This document shows positions 1 through 8,940 of a stretch of DNA of 64,000 bases, piece by piece; position 1 is the stretch's first letter, and every line of letters starts with the position of its first letter. Made by a program: the position numbers and the translations under genes. The stretch comes from an uncultured Eubacteriales bacterium (GTDB lineage: Bacteria > Bacillota > Clostridia > Oscillospirales > CAG-272): contig CAKSLU010000001.1 of assembly GCA_934474225.1 (NCBI GenBank), positions 26,599 to 90,598 of the forward strand, in the 5' to 3' direction. The notes below the pieces were generated by a model. It was not told where the DNA came from, searched no databases, and worked only from the letters and a program-made list of their open reading frames with translations.

Positions 1-1307
1 TCGTTTGCAAACTTGTAGGGGCTTGCCGTCGAAGCGAGCACGATTTTGCGTGTGCCGCCGTGCGCGGCGATGTATTGGCGTGCTGCCGCGAGACCAACTG
101 CCGTGTGCGTGTCGCAGAGATAATGATGCGCATCAAAGGTTTCGCGGATGGTCGCCTTCGTCAGCTCTTCGTCGCAGAAGTAGCCGAGGAAGCTCTCGTC
201 AATCTTTGCCTTTGTCTCGGCATCGACGGTGTATTTGCCGTCCGCCGCGAGCGCGCGCATATAGGCAGCGGTTTTTTCCGCGCCGCTTGTCGTGTAGAGC
301 AGACGCTCAAGGTTGCTGGATATCAAAATGTCCATCGAGGGGGACATGGTGGTGTAGAACTTGCGGTTGCGGTCATAGGTGCCGGTTGCAAGAAAATCGG
401 TCAAAATGTTGTTGCGGTTGGACGCACAGACAAGGCGGCAAATCGGCAGCCCCATCCGCTTGGCGATGTAGGCAGCGAAGATGTTGCCGAAGTTGCCGGT
501 CGGCACGCAGACATCAATCTCGTCGCCGGGGTTTACCGCGCCCTGCGCCAGCAAATCGCAGTAAGCGGAAACATAGTAGACGATCTGCGGCGCAAGTCTG
601 CCCCAGTTGATGGAGTTTGCACTGGAAAGGAACACGCCTTTTTCGTCCAGTGCCTTTGCGATGGATGCATCTGCGAAAATCTTCTTCACGCCGGTCTGCG
701 CATCGTCAAAGTTGCCGCGAATGGCGCAGACATCGACATTTGCGCCGGTCTGCGTCGCCATTTGCAGTTTTTGCACGCGGCTGACGCCGTCCACGGGGTA
801 GAAAACCTTGATTTTGATGCGCTCCACATCCCGATAGCCTTCGAGTGCCGCCTTGCCGGTGTCGCCAGAGGTGGCGACGAGAATCATCGCGTCACGCTTC
901 TCCCAGGTTTTGTCAAGCGCACGGCAGAGCAGGCGGGGCATCAGTTGGAGCGCCATATCCTTGAACGCGCAGGTCGGACCATGCCAAAGCTCAAGCGAAT
1001 AAATGCGGTCGTCCACCTTGACAAGCGGCGCTGCGCCGCCAGGGAACTTCGTCTCGCCGTAGGCGGCTTCACAGTCGCGGCGAAGCTCGTCTTCGGTGTA
1101 GTCGGTGAGGAATTTTTTAAGGATGTGGACAGCCCGGTCAATGTAGGACTCGTCCTTCAGCGCGAGAATCTCCTCCATCGTGAGCATGGGAATCTCCTGC
1201 GGCATAAAGAGACCGCCGTCGGCGGCAAGTCCCTGCTTGATGGCTTGCGCCGCCGAAACGGCATGTTCGCGGTCGGTGCTGCGTGTGCTTGCATACTTCA
1301 TGGTCAT
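1..1307 (-). CDS. thrC: threonine synthase (C-terminal end cut by window edge)
   Basis: The minus frame is open from the window edge to ATG at 1307, so it is absent from the ORF track. My translation MTMKYASTRSTDREH...ELWHGPTCAFKDMALQ...VATSGDTGKAA...SANSINWGRL carries the PLP-lysine FKD motif typical of ThrC. GGGAGAA SD lies upstream. Confidence 0.85.
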   Translation of the reverse strand, partial: MTMKYASTRSTDREHAVSAAQAIKQGLAADGGLFMPQEIPMLTMEEILALKDESYIDRAVHILKKFLTDYTEDELRRDCEAAYGETKFPGGAAPLVKVDDRIYSLELWHGPTCAFKDMALQLMPRLLCRALDKTWEKRDAMILVATSGDTGKAALEGYRDVERIKIKVFYPVDGVSRVQKLQMATQTGANVDVCAIRGNFDDAQTGVKKIFADASIAKALDEKGVFLSSANSINWGRLAPQIVYYVSAYCDLLAQGAVNPGDEIDVCVPTGNFGNIFAAYIAKRMGLPICRLVCASNRNNILTDFLATGTYDRNRKFYTTMSPSMDILISSNLERLLYTTSGAEKTAAYMRALAADGKYTVDAETKAKIDESFLGYFCDEELTKATIRETFDAHHYLCDTHTAVGLAAARQYIAAHGGTRKIVLASTASPYKFAN

Positions 1308-1319
1308 TTTTTCTCCCGG

Positions 1320-2264
1320 TTAAAACATTTTCTTTAAGAAATTGTAGGCATTCTGATAAAAGATTGCCGAAATCAGTTCGTCGCTGAAATTGCGTGCCGA
1401 CATGGCGTCCGCCAGACGGTAAAGCGTTGCAATGCCGTCGATTTCGACCGGCAGGGAATCCGTGCCGTCGAAGTCACAGCCGAGGCAGACGGTGTGCTGA
1501 CCGTCCAGCCCGAGAAAGTATTCGATATGATTGATGACATCCGCAATCGCGGCGCGGCGGGTGGAAACATCGCAGAGGTGCGGACCGACCAGCGGGATGC
1601 CGACAATGCCGCCCGATGCGCTGATGCGTATGAACTGCTCGTCGGTCAGGTTGCGCGGGTGCCGCGCCACCGCGCTTGAAGCCGAGTGCGTGGCGATGAA
1701 CGGACGCTTGACGGCTGCGGACATGTCGGCGATTTCTTCCGCCACACGCACAGAGGAGTGCGAAACATCCAGCACCATGCCGAGGTCGAGCGCCTCTGCG
1801 GCGACCGTCCGCCCGAGATGCGTCAGCGGGGAATTGGTGTCATAGCCGCCGCCCAGCGCATTTTCGCCCTGCCAGTTCAGCGAGATGATGCGGACGCCGG
1901 CGTCGTACAGCTCATGCATGCGCTCGACATTGCCGGAGACCAGGCGCGCGTCTTCCACAGCGAGGAAGAACGCTGCCGCGCCGTCCGGCACCTGCGTAAG
2001 GTCGTCGAAGGAACGGCAGAGCACCGCACTTTGCCGGTTGGCTTCAATCTCCATTTTGAAATTGTTGAGGATGCGCCAAAAATCCGAGTACGCCTCCTCG
2101 TCGGAGCGCTTGTTGTCGCTCCAGATTGCGGCGACCTGCACATATTTTTTGAAGCCGGAGGCTTTGTCAAGAGCGATGTGCAAATCGTTTGACCGCAGTG
2201 GTTGTTTCTCCTTATACATGCGATATGCGGTGTCGCAGTGCAAATCAATCAGCTTGTAATCCAA
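1320..2264 (-). CDS. membrane dipeptidase family protein (peptidase M19)
   Basis: ORF 1320..2288 has IDLHCDT, LDVSHSS, ATHSASS and GCDFDG motifs typical of M19 dipeptidases. I moved the start to TTG 2264, which sits 6 nt after AAGGAG. Confidence 0.75.
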   Translation of the reverse strand: MDYKLIDLHCDTAYRMYKEKQPLRSNDLHIALDKASGFKKYVQVAAIWSDNKRSDEEAYSDFWRILNNFKMEIEANRQSAVLCRSFDDLTQVPDGAAAFFLAVEDARLVSGNVERMHELYDAGVRIISLNWQGENALGGGYDTNSPLTHLGRTVAAEALDLGMVLDVSHSSVRVAEEIADMSAAVKRPFIATHSASSAVARHPRNLTDEQFIRISASGGIVGIPLVGPHLCDVSTRRAAIADVINHIEYFLGLDGQHTVCLGCDFDGTDSLPVEIDGIATLYRLADAMSARNFSDELISAIFYQNAYNFLKKMF

Positions 2265-2274
2265 GGCTTGCTCC

Positions 2275-2664
2275 TTACCGCGCTTCAAAAGCGCTTTCTA
2301 TGTGGTTCACCCGCGCGCCCTTGCCGTCTTCGTGGCGGTAGACTTCCACGACATCAAAGCGGATGTATTTGTCCGTCGGATGTTTTTCGAGGAAAATGCG
2401 TGCTGTATACAGAATATGCCGCTGTTTCTCGGCGTTGACCGCCTCGCAGGGAAGCCCGTAGTCGTCGAAACGCGCCGCGCAGTCCTTCCGCGTTTTGACT
2501 TCGACAAAGGCAAGTGTGTCGCCATCCTCGGCGACGAGGTCAATCTCGCCGTGCGCCGAGCGGAAATTTTTTGCGATGATGTTATAGCCGTGCGCCTTCA
2601 AATAGCGCGCGGCGACGGCTTCGCCGCGGTCGCCGATGCGTTTGGCGGCCAGCCGCTCAAACAT
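2275..2664 (-). CDS. yraN: YraN family (UPF0102) putative endonuclease
   Basis: 129 aa with GDRGEAVAARYLKAHGY...GEIDLVA...FVEVKTR. It sits in the conserved position after rnhB. Confidence 0.8.
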   Translation of the reverse strand: MFERLAAKRIGDRGEAVAARYLKAHGYNIIAKNFRSAHGEIDLVAEDGDTLAFVEVKTRKDCAARFDDYGLPCEAVNAEKQRHILYTARIFLEKHPTDKYIRFDVVEVYRHEDGKGARVNHIESAFEAR

Positions 2665-3289
2665 CGCCGTGCTCCTTGTCCATAAACTTGAGAAAACTGC
2701 GGCGGTGCAGGGGACAGGGACCGTATTGCATCACCAGTTCGCGATGCTCTTTGGTCGGGTAGCCCTTGTGCTTTTTGAAATTATATTCCGGATACATCGC
2801 GTCCATCTCCATGCAGAAACGGTCGCGCGTGACCTTGGCGAGGATGGACGCCGCCGCGATGGACGGCGACTTCGCGTCGCCCTTGACGATAGTTACCGCC
2901 GGAATCGGAAAATGGCGGATGCAGTTGCCGTCCACCAGCGCGAAATCGGCGGGGATGGGCAGCCTCTCGATGGCGCGTGCCATAGCGAGCATCGTGGCGT
3001 TCAGGATATTCAGCTTGTCGATCTCCTCATGCGTGGCATAGGCAATCGAGTAGGCAACGGCCCTTTCGCAGATGATGTCGTAGATCGCCTCGCGCTTCTT
3101 TTCGGTGAGTTTCTTCGAGTCGTTCAGACCCTCAATTTCACAGCCAACCGGCAGAATGCACGCCGCCGCGACGACGGGGCCTGCCAGCGGTCCGCGTCCG
3201 GCTTCGTCCACGCCGCAGATGGATTTGTAACCGCGCTCGCCGTATTCGACCTCATAGTCGTAGGTCAGCTTATCGTTTGCGTGCGTCAT
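2657..3289 (-). CDS. rnhB: ribonuclease HII
   Basis: GVDEAGRGPLAGPVVAAA catalytic motif. I trimmed the start to the internal ATG at 3289 (MTHANDKL...), because the longer ORF overlaps rbgA extensively. Confidence 0.85.
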   Translation of the reverse strand: MTHANDKLTYDYEVEYGERGYKSICGVDEAGRGPLAGPVVAAACILPVGCEIEGLNDSKKLTEKKREAIYDIICERAVAYSIAYATHEEIDKLNILNATMLAMARAIERLPIPADFALVDGNCIRHFPIPAVTIVKGDAKSPSIAAASILAKVTRDRFCMEMDAMYPEYNFKKHKGYPTKEHRELVMQYGPCPLHRRSFLKFMDKEHGDV

Positions 3290-4163
3290 AACTTTTCGGT
3301 GCCTCCAGTGAAATCTGCCCGATGGTCGCGCTGCGGAATTCGCCGAGCAGCATTTCGGCGGTGCGCGCATGGTTGATAGCGCCGCCTGCCATCAGAAAGC
3401 CGCGCTTTTTGCCAATCAACTCAAACAGGTCGTAGGCGTCCATGTCTGCGTAGCCGTCTTCGTCCGTCAGTTTGTACCGTGCCGCAAACGCCGCAGGCGC
3501 AAGCGCGCGCAGCCGCATGCAGAGGATCATGGCAAGTTCTTCGGTGTCCATGATTTTATCCTTGATAGCACCGGTCAGCGCCAGGTTCTCACCCACGCGC
3601 TTCTCCTCAAACTTCGGCCAGAGCACGCCCGGCATGTCGAGCAGTTCAAGCCCGATGTCGGAGGAGACCCATTGCTTGTTCAGCGTCACGCCGGGGCGGT
3701 TTTCCACCTTGGCTTTTTTGGCGCCCGCGATGCGGTTGATAAACGAGGATTTGCCGACATTCGGGATGCCGACGATCATCGCGCGAATCTTCTTGTTCAT
3801 GCCCTTATCCGCCCAGCGTGCCAGCTTGTCGGCAAGCAGTTCGCACACGGTGGGATAGATGTCGGCGATGCCGCGGCCGCTCACGCAGTCGATGAGCAGG
3901 CAGCGCTCGCCCCGCTCGGCAAAGACGGCGAGCCACGCGCGGCTGACCGCCGGGTCGGCAAGCGACGCCTTGTTCAAGAGAATCAGCCGCGGCTTGTCAC
4001 CGACCAACTTTTCAATCTCGGGGTTCTTGGAACTGTAGGGAATGCGCGCATCGCGCAGCTCGATGACGATGTCCACCAGTTTCAGGTTCTCCTGCATCAG
4101 GCGGCGCGTTTTCGCCATGTGCCCCGGGAACCACTGAATCTGGTATTGTGTATTCGTGCCCAT
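3270..4163 (-). CDS. rbgA: ribosome biogenesis GTPase A (YlqF/RbgA)
   Basis: IQWFPGHMAKTRR start, circularly permuted GTPase motifs (LNKASL then GIPNVGKSS), and conserved lepB-rbgA-rnhB synteny. Confidence 0.9.
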   Translation of the reverse strand: MGTNTQYQIQWFPGHMAKTRRLMQENLKLVDIVIELRDARIPYSSKNPEIEKLVGDKPRLILLNKASLADPAVSRAWLAVFAERGERCLLIDCVSGRGIADIYPTVCELLADKLARWADKGMNKKIRAMIVGIPNVGKSSFINRIAGAKKAKVENRPGVTLNKQWVSSDIGLELLDMPGVLWPKFEEKRVGENLALTGAIKDKIMDTEELAMILCMRLRALAPAAFAARYKLTDEDGYADMDAYDLFELIGKKRGFLMAGGAINHARTAEMLLGEFRSATIGQISLEAPKSYDARKR

Positions 4164-4751
4164 TCAGCGCACCGTCCCGATTTTGTTAAACGGGAAGAAA
4201 CGGAAGAGCACCTTGCCGATGACTTCGTTTTCGTCCACAAGCCCAATGGCAGAGGAGCGGCTGTCCAGCGAGTGATTGCGGTTGTCGCCCATCACAAAAA
4301 GCTGACCTTTGCCGACCTTCACGGGGTATTCGAGGTTGCTGGTCACGCGGGCGTCGGTCGCCAGCTTGCGATAGCTTTCCTCCAGCACATGCGCCTCTCC
4401 GTTTGTATCCGTCACAGTCACCGTCCAGGTGTCAAAGTCGATGTCCACGCTCTCGCCTTCGGTGGCAATCACGCGCTTGACGATAGGGGCGGGATGCGTG
4501 GAATTGATTTTCTGAAAAACGAGGATGTCGCCGCGCTGCGGCTTGTAGGCGATGTCCGAAATCAGCAGCATCTCGCCGTTGTGCAGCGTCTCCTGCATGG
4601 AGTTGCCGTCCACGCGCGCGGGGCGCAGGACGAAGGTGAAAATCAGCAGAATGAGGCACGCCGAGAGGACGACCATCTCGACCCATTCAAAAATGTTTGC
4701 CTCGGCGGACGGCTTTTCCGCCGCCTTTGCGCCCGAAGTCTGTTTAGCCAT
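4164..4751 (-). CDS. lepB: signal peptidase I
   Basis: N-terminal TM segment, SMQETL serine box, and GDNRNHSLDSR box typical of type I signal peptidases. Confidence 0.9.
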   Translation of the reverse strand: MAKQTSGAKAAEKPSAEANIFEWVEMVVLSACLILLIFTFVLRPARVDGNSMQETLHNGEMLLISDIAYKPQRGDILVFQKINSTHPAPIVKRVIATEGESVDIDFDTWTVTVTDTNGEAHVLEESYRKLATDARVTSNLEYPVKVGKGQLFVMGDNRNHSLDSRSSAIGLVDENEVIGKVLFRFFPFNKIGTVR

Positions 4752-4766
4752 GTTTCACGCCTGCCT

Positions 4767-5975
4767 TCATTTTGTGATGATGTGCCGGAGCAGCTGACTG
4801 CCGTCCGGGTAATAGAGTTTGGTTGCCTCCGCCGTCTTTTCGGTGAACGGCGTCACGCCGCGTTGTGCCTTCCCGCTGTCATAGAGGAAGAACGGCACCG
4901 GCTCCATGCTGTGCGTGCGGAGTTCAATCGGCGTCGGATGGTCGGGGAGCACATAGATTTTGAAGTCGTCGCCCGAGGCGCAGAGATATTCGTAGACCGA
5001 CTTCAGAATGATGCTGTCAATCTTCTCGATGGCAAGCACCTTGTTTTCGATTTCGGCGCGATGCCCGCATTCGTCCGGCCCCTCAACATGGACGAAAACA
5101 AAATCGTATCCATCCTTGAAGGCTTCAATCGCCGCATCGGCTTTGCCGCGGTAATTGGTGTGCACATTGCCGGTTGCTCCCTTGACATCAATCGAGGTCA
5201 TGCCTGCGCAGATGCCAATGCCCTTGATGAGGTCAACCGCGGAGATGACTGCGCCGCGCAGCCCCCATTTGTCCGCAAAGGAGGGAAGTGCCGGCTTCTT
5301 GCCGGGGCTCCAGAGCCATGCAGAGTTGGCAGGATGCTTGCCCGCGTTCCGCCGCGCAACATTGACCGGGTGGTCCTTCAGAATGTCATAACTTGCCCGC
5401 ATCAGATCGTAGAAGGGCTTGCCTCTGTCGCCGGACGGCAGATAGGGACCGATGCGCTTGCCGATGATATCATGCGGCCGCGCAAAATCATAGGTGTCGT
5501 CGCCGTTTTTCCAGAGCAGGCAGTGCCTGTAGGATACGCCGGTGTAGAAATGGCGCATGTCACTTCCGAGCTTTGCCTCAAGCGTGCGAATCAGCTCGTC
5601 CGCCTCTGCGGTCGAAATCTCGTCGGCACTGTGGTCGAGCATGATTTTGTCGTCATAGTCGCCGTCGTCGCTGAGGGTGACCACATTGCAGCGGTAGGCG
5701 GTTTCGTCCGGCTGCATGGCAAGCCCCATGCTCATGGCTTCCAGCGGCGAGCGCCCTTTGGAGTAGATTTTCGGGTCGTAGGAGAGGATGGCGAGATTTG
5801 CTGTGTCACTCTCGGGCACCATGCCGGTCGGCACATTGGAGACTGTGCCGCAGAGCGACTTCGCCGCGAGGGCGTCCATCATCGGTTTTTCGGCAGCTTC
5901 CATCGGCGTCTTGCCGCCGAGTGCCGCCAGCGGGCGGTCCGCCATGCCGTCGCAGACCAGAACAAAGTATTTCAT
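4767..5975 (-). CDS. apgM: cofactor-independent phosphoglycerate mutase, archaeal/ApgM type
   Basis: MKYFVLVCDGMADRP...HVEGPDECGH motifs of the metalloenzyme superfamily. I placed the start at the ATG 6 nt after AAGGAAG. Confidence 0.75.
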   Translation of the reverse strand: MKYFVLVCDGMADRPLAALGGKTPMEAAEKPMMDALAAKSLCGTVSNVPTGMVPESDTANLAILSYDPKIYSKGRSPLEAMSMGLAMQPDETAYRCNVVTLSDDGDYDDKIMLDHSADEISTAEADELIRTLEAKLGSDMRHFYTGVSYRHCLLWKNGDDTYDFARPHDIIGKRIGPYLPSGDRGKPFYDLMRASYDILKDHPVNVARRNAGKHPANSAWLWSPGKKPALPSFADKWGLRGAVISAVDLIKGIGICAGMTSIDVKGATGNVHTNYRGKADAAIEAFKDGYDFVFVHVEGPDECGHRAEIENKVLAIEKIDSIILKSVYEYLCASGDDFKIYVLPDHPTPIELRTHSMEPVPFFLYDSGKAQRGVTPFTEKTAEATKLYYPDGSQLLRHIITK

Positions 5976-6099
5976 GTACATCTTCCTTTATAGAAACAGC
6001 AAAAATTATTCATAATATTATACCATAGAACAAACCTATATACAAGCACTCGCCGCGGAATTTTCCGCGAAAAAAGTCATAAAAATTTTGCAAAAGGGC

Positions 6100-6128
6100 T
6101 TGCAAAAGTGATTTTTGCATGGTATAAT
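6100..6128 (+). promoter_or_regulatory. sigma-70-type promoter for rplS
   Basis: TTGCAA (6100-6105), 17-nt spacer, TGnTATAAT extended -10 (6120-6128). Confidence 0.6.
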
Positions 6129-6213
6129 CTACTCGTTGTGCGTATGCACATGATTCAGAACAGTCCTCTGCAATGCTCTGCACGAATGTTCGCTGTATAA
6201 GGAGGAGCCGAAG

Positions 6214-6561
6214 ATGGATAAGATTCAGGCTTTTGTAAGTGAGCAGATTAAGGAGAATCCCCCGGTCATTCAGGTCGGCAGCACCGTGAAGGTCCACAAC
6301 CGGATCAAAGAGGGTGCGCGGGAAAGAATCCAGATTTTCGAGGGTACCGTGATTGCGAAGAACGGCGGTGGTATCTCGGAGACCTTTACGGTAAGACGCG
6401 TGGCGTATGGTTGCGGCGTAGAGAAGACTTTCCCGCTCCATTCCCCCAATGTTGTCAAGGTTGAGCTTGTCAGAACCGGTAAGGTTCGCCGTGCAAAGCT
6501 CTACTACATCCGTGACCGCGTGGGTAAGAGCGCAAAGGTCAAGGAAAAGATCGACAACTGA
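6214..6561 (+). CDS. rplS: 50S ribosomal protein L19
   Basis: 115 aa with ...[37 protein letters not shown]..., an unambiguous L19 sequence. AAGGAGGAG SD. Confidence 0.97.
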   Translation: MDKIQAFVSEQIKENPPVIQVGSTVKVHNRIKEGARERIQIFEGTVIAKNGGGISETFTVRRVAYGCGVEKTFPLHSPNVVKVELVRTGKVRRAKLYYIRDRVGKSAKVKEKIDN

Positions 6562-6578
6562 GCTTGCAAAAAGACGAA

Positions 6579-6612
6579 AAAGCCGGAGCTATGCTGCGGC
6601 TTTTCTCTTTTC
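6579..6612 (+). terminator. weak intrinsic terminator after rplS
   Basis: AAAGCCG / CGGCTTT stem with an 11-nt loop, followed by the T-rich TTCTCTTTT. Confidence 0.45.
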
Positions 6613-6622
6613 GAGGATAAGA

Positions 6623-7261
6623 ATGATGGAAAAAACATGTGCAATTCTGTCGGGCGGCACCTATTCGTCCCCTGCGGGTATCGAGGATGCGGAGTTGGTC
6701 ATCGCCTGCGACAAGGGGTATGCGTATGCCGTGCAGGCGGGGATTAAACCGGATTTGTTTGTCGGCGATTTTGACTCGCTCACCGGCGGCGTAGCTGCGG
6801 ATGTGCCCGTCCTGGAGCTGCCATGCGAGAAAGATGATACCGATACGATGGCGGCGGTGCGCTATGCTGTGGAACACGGCTATACGCGTCTGCGGCTGTA
6901 CTGCGCGCTCGGCGGCAGGCTGGATCACCTGCTCGGCAATTTGCAGGCGGCGGTGTTCGCCGTCACGCGCGGCGCGCGCGTGGAAGTTGTGGACGACGCC
7001 GATTCGATGCTCATTTTCGGCAACGGCAGTCTGACAGTCCCGGCACGCGCAGGCTATTCGCTCTCGCTGCTGTCGCTTACGGATGCCTGCCGCGGTGTAA
7101 CCGTGCGCGGCGTCAAATATCCGCTGGATAACGCCACGCTGACCAATTCTTTTCCCATCGGCGTCAGCAACGAGTGGCGCGGCGATGCCGAAATCACCTT
7201 GGAGAGCGGCGTGCTTGCCGTGATTTGTTCGCGCATGGTGCGCGGGGCAGAGGAGGTTTAA
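6623..7261 (+). CDS. thiN: thiamine pyrophosphokinase
   Basis: MMEKTCAILSGG...IACDKGY...VGDFDS...KDDTD...ALGGRLDH motifs of the TPK family. I trimmed the start from ORF 6449 to ATG 6623, outside rplS. Confidence 0.8.
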   Translation: MMEKTCAILSGGTYSSPAGIEDAELVIACDKGYAYAVQAGIKPDLFVGDFDSLTGGVAADVPVLELPCEKDDTDTMAAVRYAVEHGYTRLRLYCALGGRLDHLLGNLQAAVFAVTRGARVEVVDDADSMLIFGNGSLTVPARAGYSLSLLSLTDACRGVTVRGVKYPLDNATLTNSFPIGVSNEWRGDAEITLESGVLAVICSRMVRGAEEV

Positions 7262-7262
7262 C

Positions 7263-7907
7263 ATGCGCGGCGCGATTTTTGATTTGGACGGCACGCTGGT
7301 GGATTCCATGGGGCTGTGGGATACGGCGGTGGACCGCTGGCTGACCGCGCGCGGCGAAGTGCCGCTGCCCGGTCTGCGGCAGACGATTCTGCGCATGAGC
7401 CTTGCCGAGGCGGCGGCATATCTGCGGGATGCGTATGCATTCCGCGAGACTGCGGACGCGCTTGTCGACGATATGATTCGCTTTATGCAGCGGGACTATG
7501 CCACGCGTGTCGCGCTCAAGCCCGGCGTTCGCGCGTTTCTTGCGCGCCTCGGCGCGGCGGGCGTTGCATGCTGCGTCGCAACGGCGGGGTCGCGCACGCT
7601 TGCCGAGGCGGCGCTGCGCGCAAACGGCGTGATGGATTGCTTCGTCGGCATGGTGACTTGCCTGGAGCTCGGCAGCAACAAGCATGAGCCGACTGTGTAC
7701 GAGGCAGCGCTGCGCCTGCTCGACCTGCCGAAGGCGGAGGTCGTCGTGTTTGAGGATGCCTATCACGCGGCGAAGACGGCAAAGAACGCGGGCTTCCGCG
7801 TGGTCGGCGTGTACGACGCCAGCGAGCCGGAGGCGGATAAACTGCGCGGCATCGCCGAGCTGTATACAACGGATTACCAAAACCTCGATGCCCTGTTTGA
7901 TGCTTGA
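7263..7907 (+). CDS. HAD-IA family hydrolase
   Basis: DLDGTLVDS motif I, a downstream FEDA motif, AGGAGG SD. Confidence 0.8.
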   Translation: MRGAIFDLDGTLVDSMGLWDTAVDRWLTARGEVPLPGLRQTILRMSLAEAAAYLRDAYAFRETADALVDDMIRFMQRDYATRVALKPGVRAFLARLGAAGVACCVATAGSRTLAEAALRANGVMDCFVGMVTCLELGSNKHEPTVYEAALRLLDLPKAEVVVFEDAYHAAKTAKNAGFRVVGVYDASEPEADKLRGIAELYTTDYQNLDALFDA

Positions 7908-7934
7908 GTTTATTATATGCTTGAGTTTATTATA
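7901..7934 (+). repeat. perfect 17-bp tandem duplication (2 copies of TGCTTGAGTTTATTATA)
   Basis: Read directly: 7901-7917 and 7918-7934 are identical. Copy 1 contains the HAD stop codon. Confidence 0.95.
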
Positions 7935-7946
7935 AGGATAGAAAGT

Positions 7947-7992
7947 AGGCAAAAAGCGTTCTCGTACCAAAGTGCGGGAACGCTTTTTGCCT
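7947..7992. terminator. 15-bp perfect hairpin between convergent genes (putative bidirectional terminator)
   Basis: AGGCAAAAAGCGTTC ... GAACGCTTTTTGCCT. No external T-run, but the stem is A/T-flanked. Confidence 0.5.
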
Positions 7993-8007
7993 TATGGAAT
8001 TCTGGGT

Positions 8008-8919
8008 TTACAACTTATCTGCGTAGCGTTCGGCAGTGATGATGCCGTCCTTGAAGCAGAGGCGGCAGGCACGCGCGGTGCGGCGCTCGCCGTCGCCCTT
8101 GGTGAGGTCTCTGCCATGGTAGATGGCGTAGTATTCGCCGTTATACTTGATCACGCTGTGGTGACCGACGCCTTCCTCAAAGTCGTTCTTGATCATCAGC
8201 GGGTCAAACTTGCCGTTTGCGGTATGCTTCTCGAATTTGACCTTGGTCAAATCCGCCTCGTCGGTGTGTGCGACGGCGTAGCCGATGTGGTAGGTATCGT
8301 TTTCGTAGCAGGCGCCGCTGTACATGAGGTACTGCCAGCCGTCCACCTCCAGCCAGAACGGGCCCTCGATGGTGTGCCAGTCCTTGCCGTCGCCGAAACG
8401 GTTGCGCTTGAAGATTTCTTCATCAAAGGTCGGGACAACGACTTCAACCGGCTGATAAGCGGGGGTGTAGGGGTCAATCAGTTTGTCCACAAAGATGCGG
8501 GTGCCGATGCGCTCCGGCTTTCTGTTATCCTCGGCGTAGAAGAGGAACAGCCCAGCGGCGGTTCTGACGACATGCGCGTCAATCGAGAAGCGGTCGAACA
8601 GACATTTCGTCTCGCCGAACGGACCGAGCGGCGAGCGTGAACGCGAAACATGCAGATATTCAAACATGCCCGGCTTCGAGCAGGAATAATAGAGATAGAA
8701 CCAGCCGTCCACCTCGATGATGCAGGGCGCCCAGTAGTCCTTGCAGCCGTCCACGGTGCAGACGACGCCGGCATAATGCCACTCGGAAAAAGGCGTGTCG
8801 GCGGTGTATGCCTCAACGCCGCGTCCGGCGGTCACATACATGTAATACTTGCCGCCCGCTTCAAACATATAGGGGTCGGGTTGGGTCTTCTTGCAGTCTT
8901 TCTCAAAAAGAAGTTTCAT
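8008..8919 (-). CDS. glycoside hydrolase family 43-like protein (cytoplasmic, no signal peptide)
   Basis: DPYMFEAGGKYYMY, DYWAPCIIEVDGWFYLYYS and HTIEGPFWLEVDGWQYLMYS blade motifs of a 5-bladed propeller GH43. I placed the start at ATG 8919 after AGGAGA. Confidence 0.7.
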   Translation of the reverse strand: MKLLFEKDCKKTQPDPYMFEAGGKYYMYVTAGRGVEAYTADTPFSEWHYAGVVCTVDGCKDYWAPCIIEVDGWFYLYYSCSKPGMFEYLHVSRSRSPLGPFGETKCLFDRFSIDAHVVRTAAGLFLFYAEDNRKPERIGTRIFVDKLIDPYTPAYQPVEVVVPTFDEEIFKRNRFGDGKDWHTIEGPFWLEVDGWQYLMYSGACYENDTYHIGYAVAHTDEADLTKVKFEKHTANGKFDPLMIKNDFEEGVGHHSVIKYNGEYYAIYHGRDLTKGDGERRTARACRLCFKDGIITAERYADKL

Positions 8920-8940
8920 AATGTCTCCTGTATCTATCAA

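Noticed and set aside
3369-5993. 874-aa plus-strand ORF
   Set aside because: It is antisense to rbgA, lepB and apgM. The sequence is low-complexity and Arg/Ala-rich, with no SD or motif. It is a shadow ORF.
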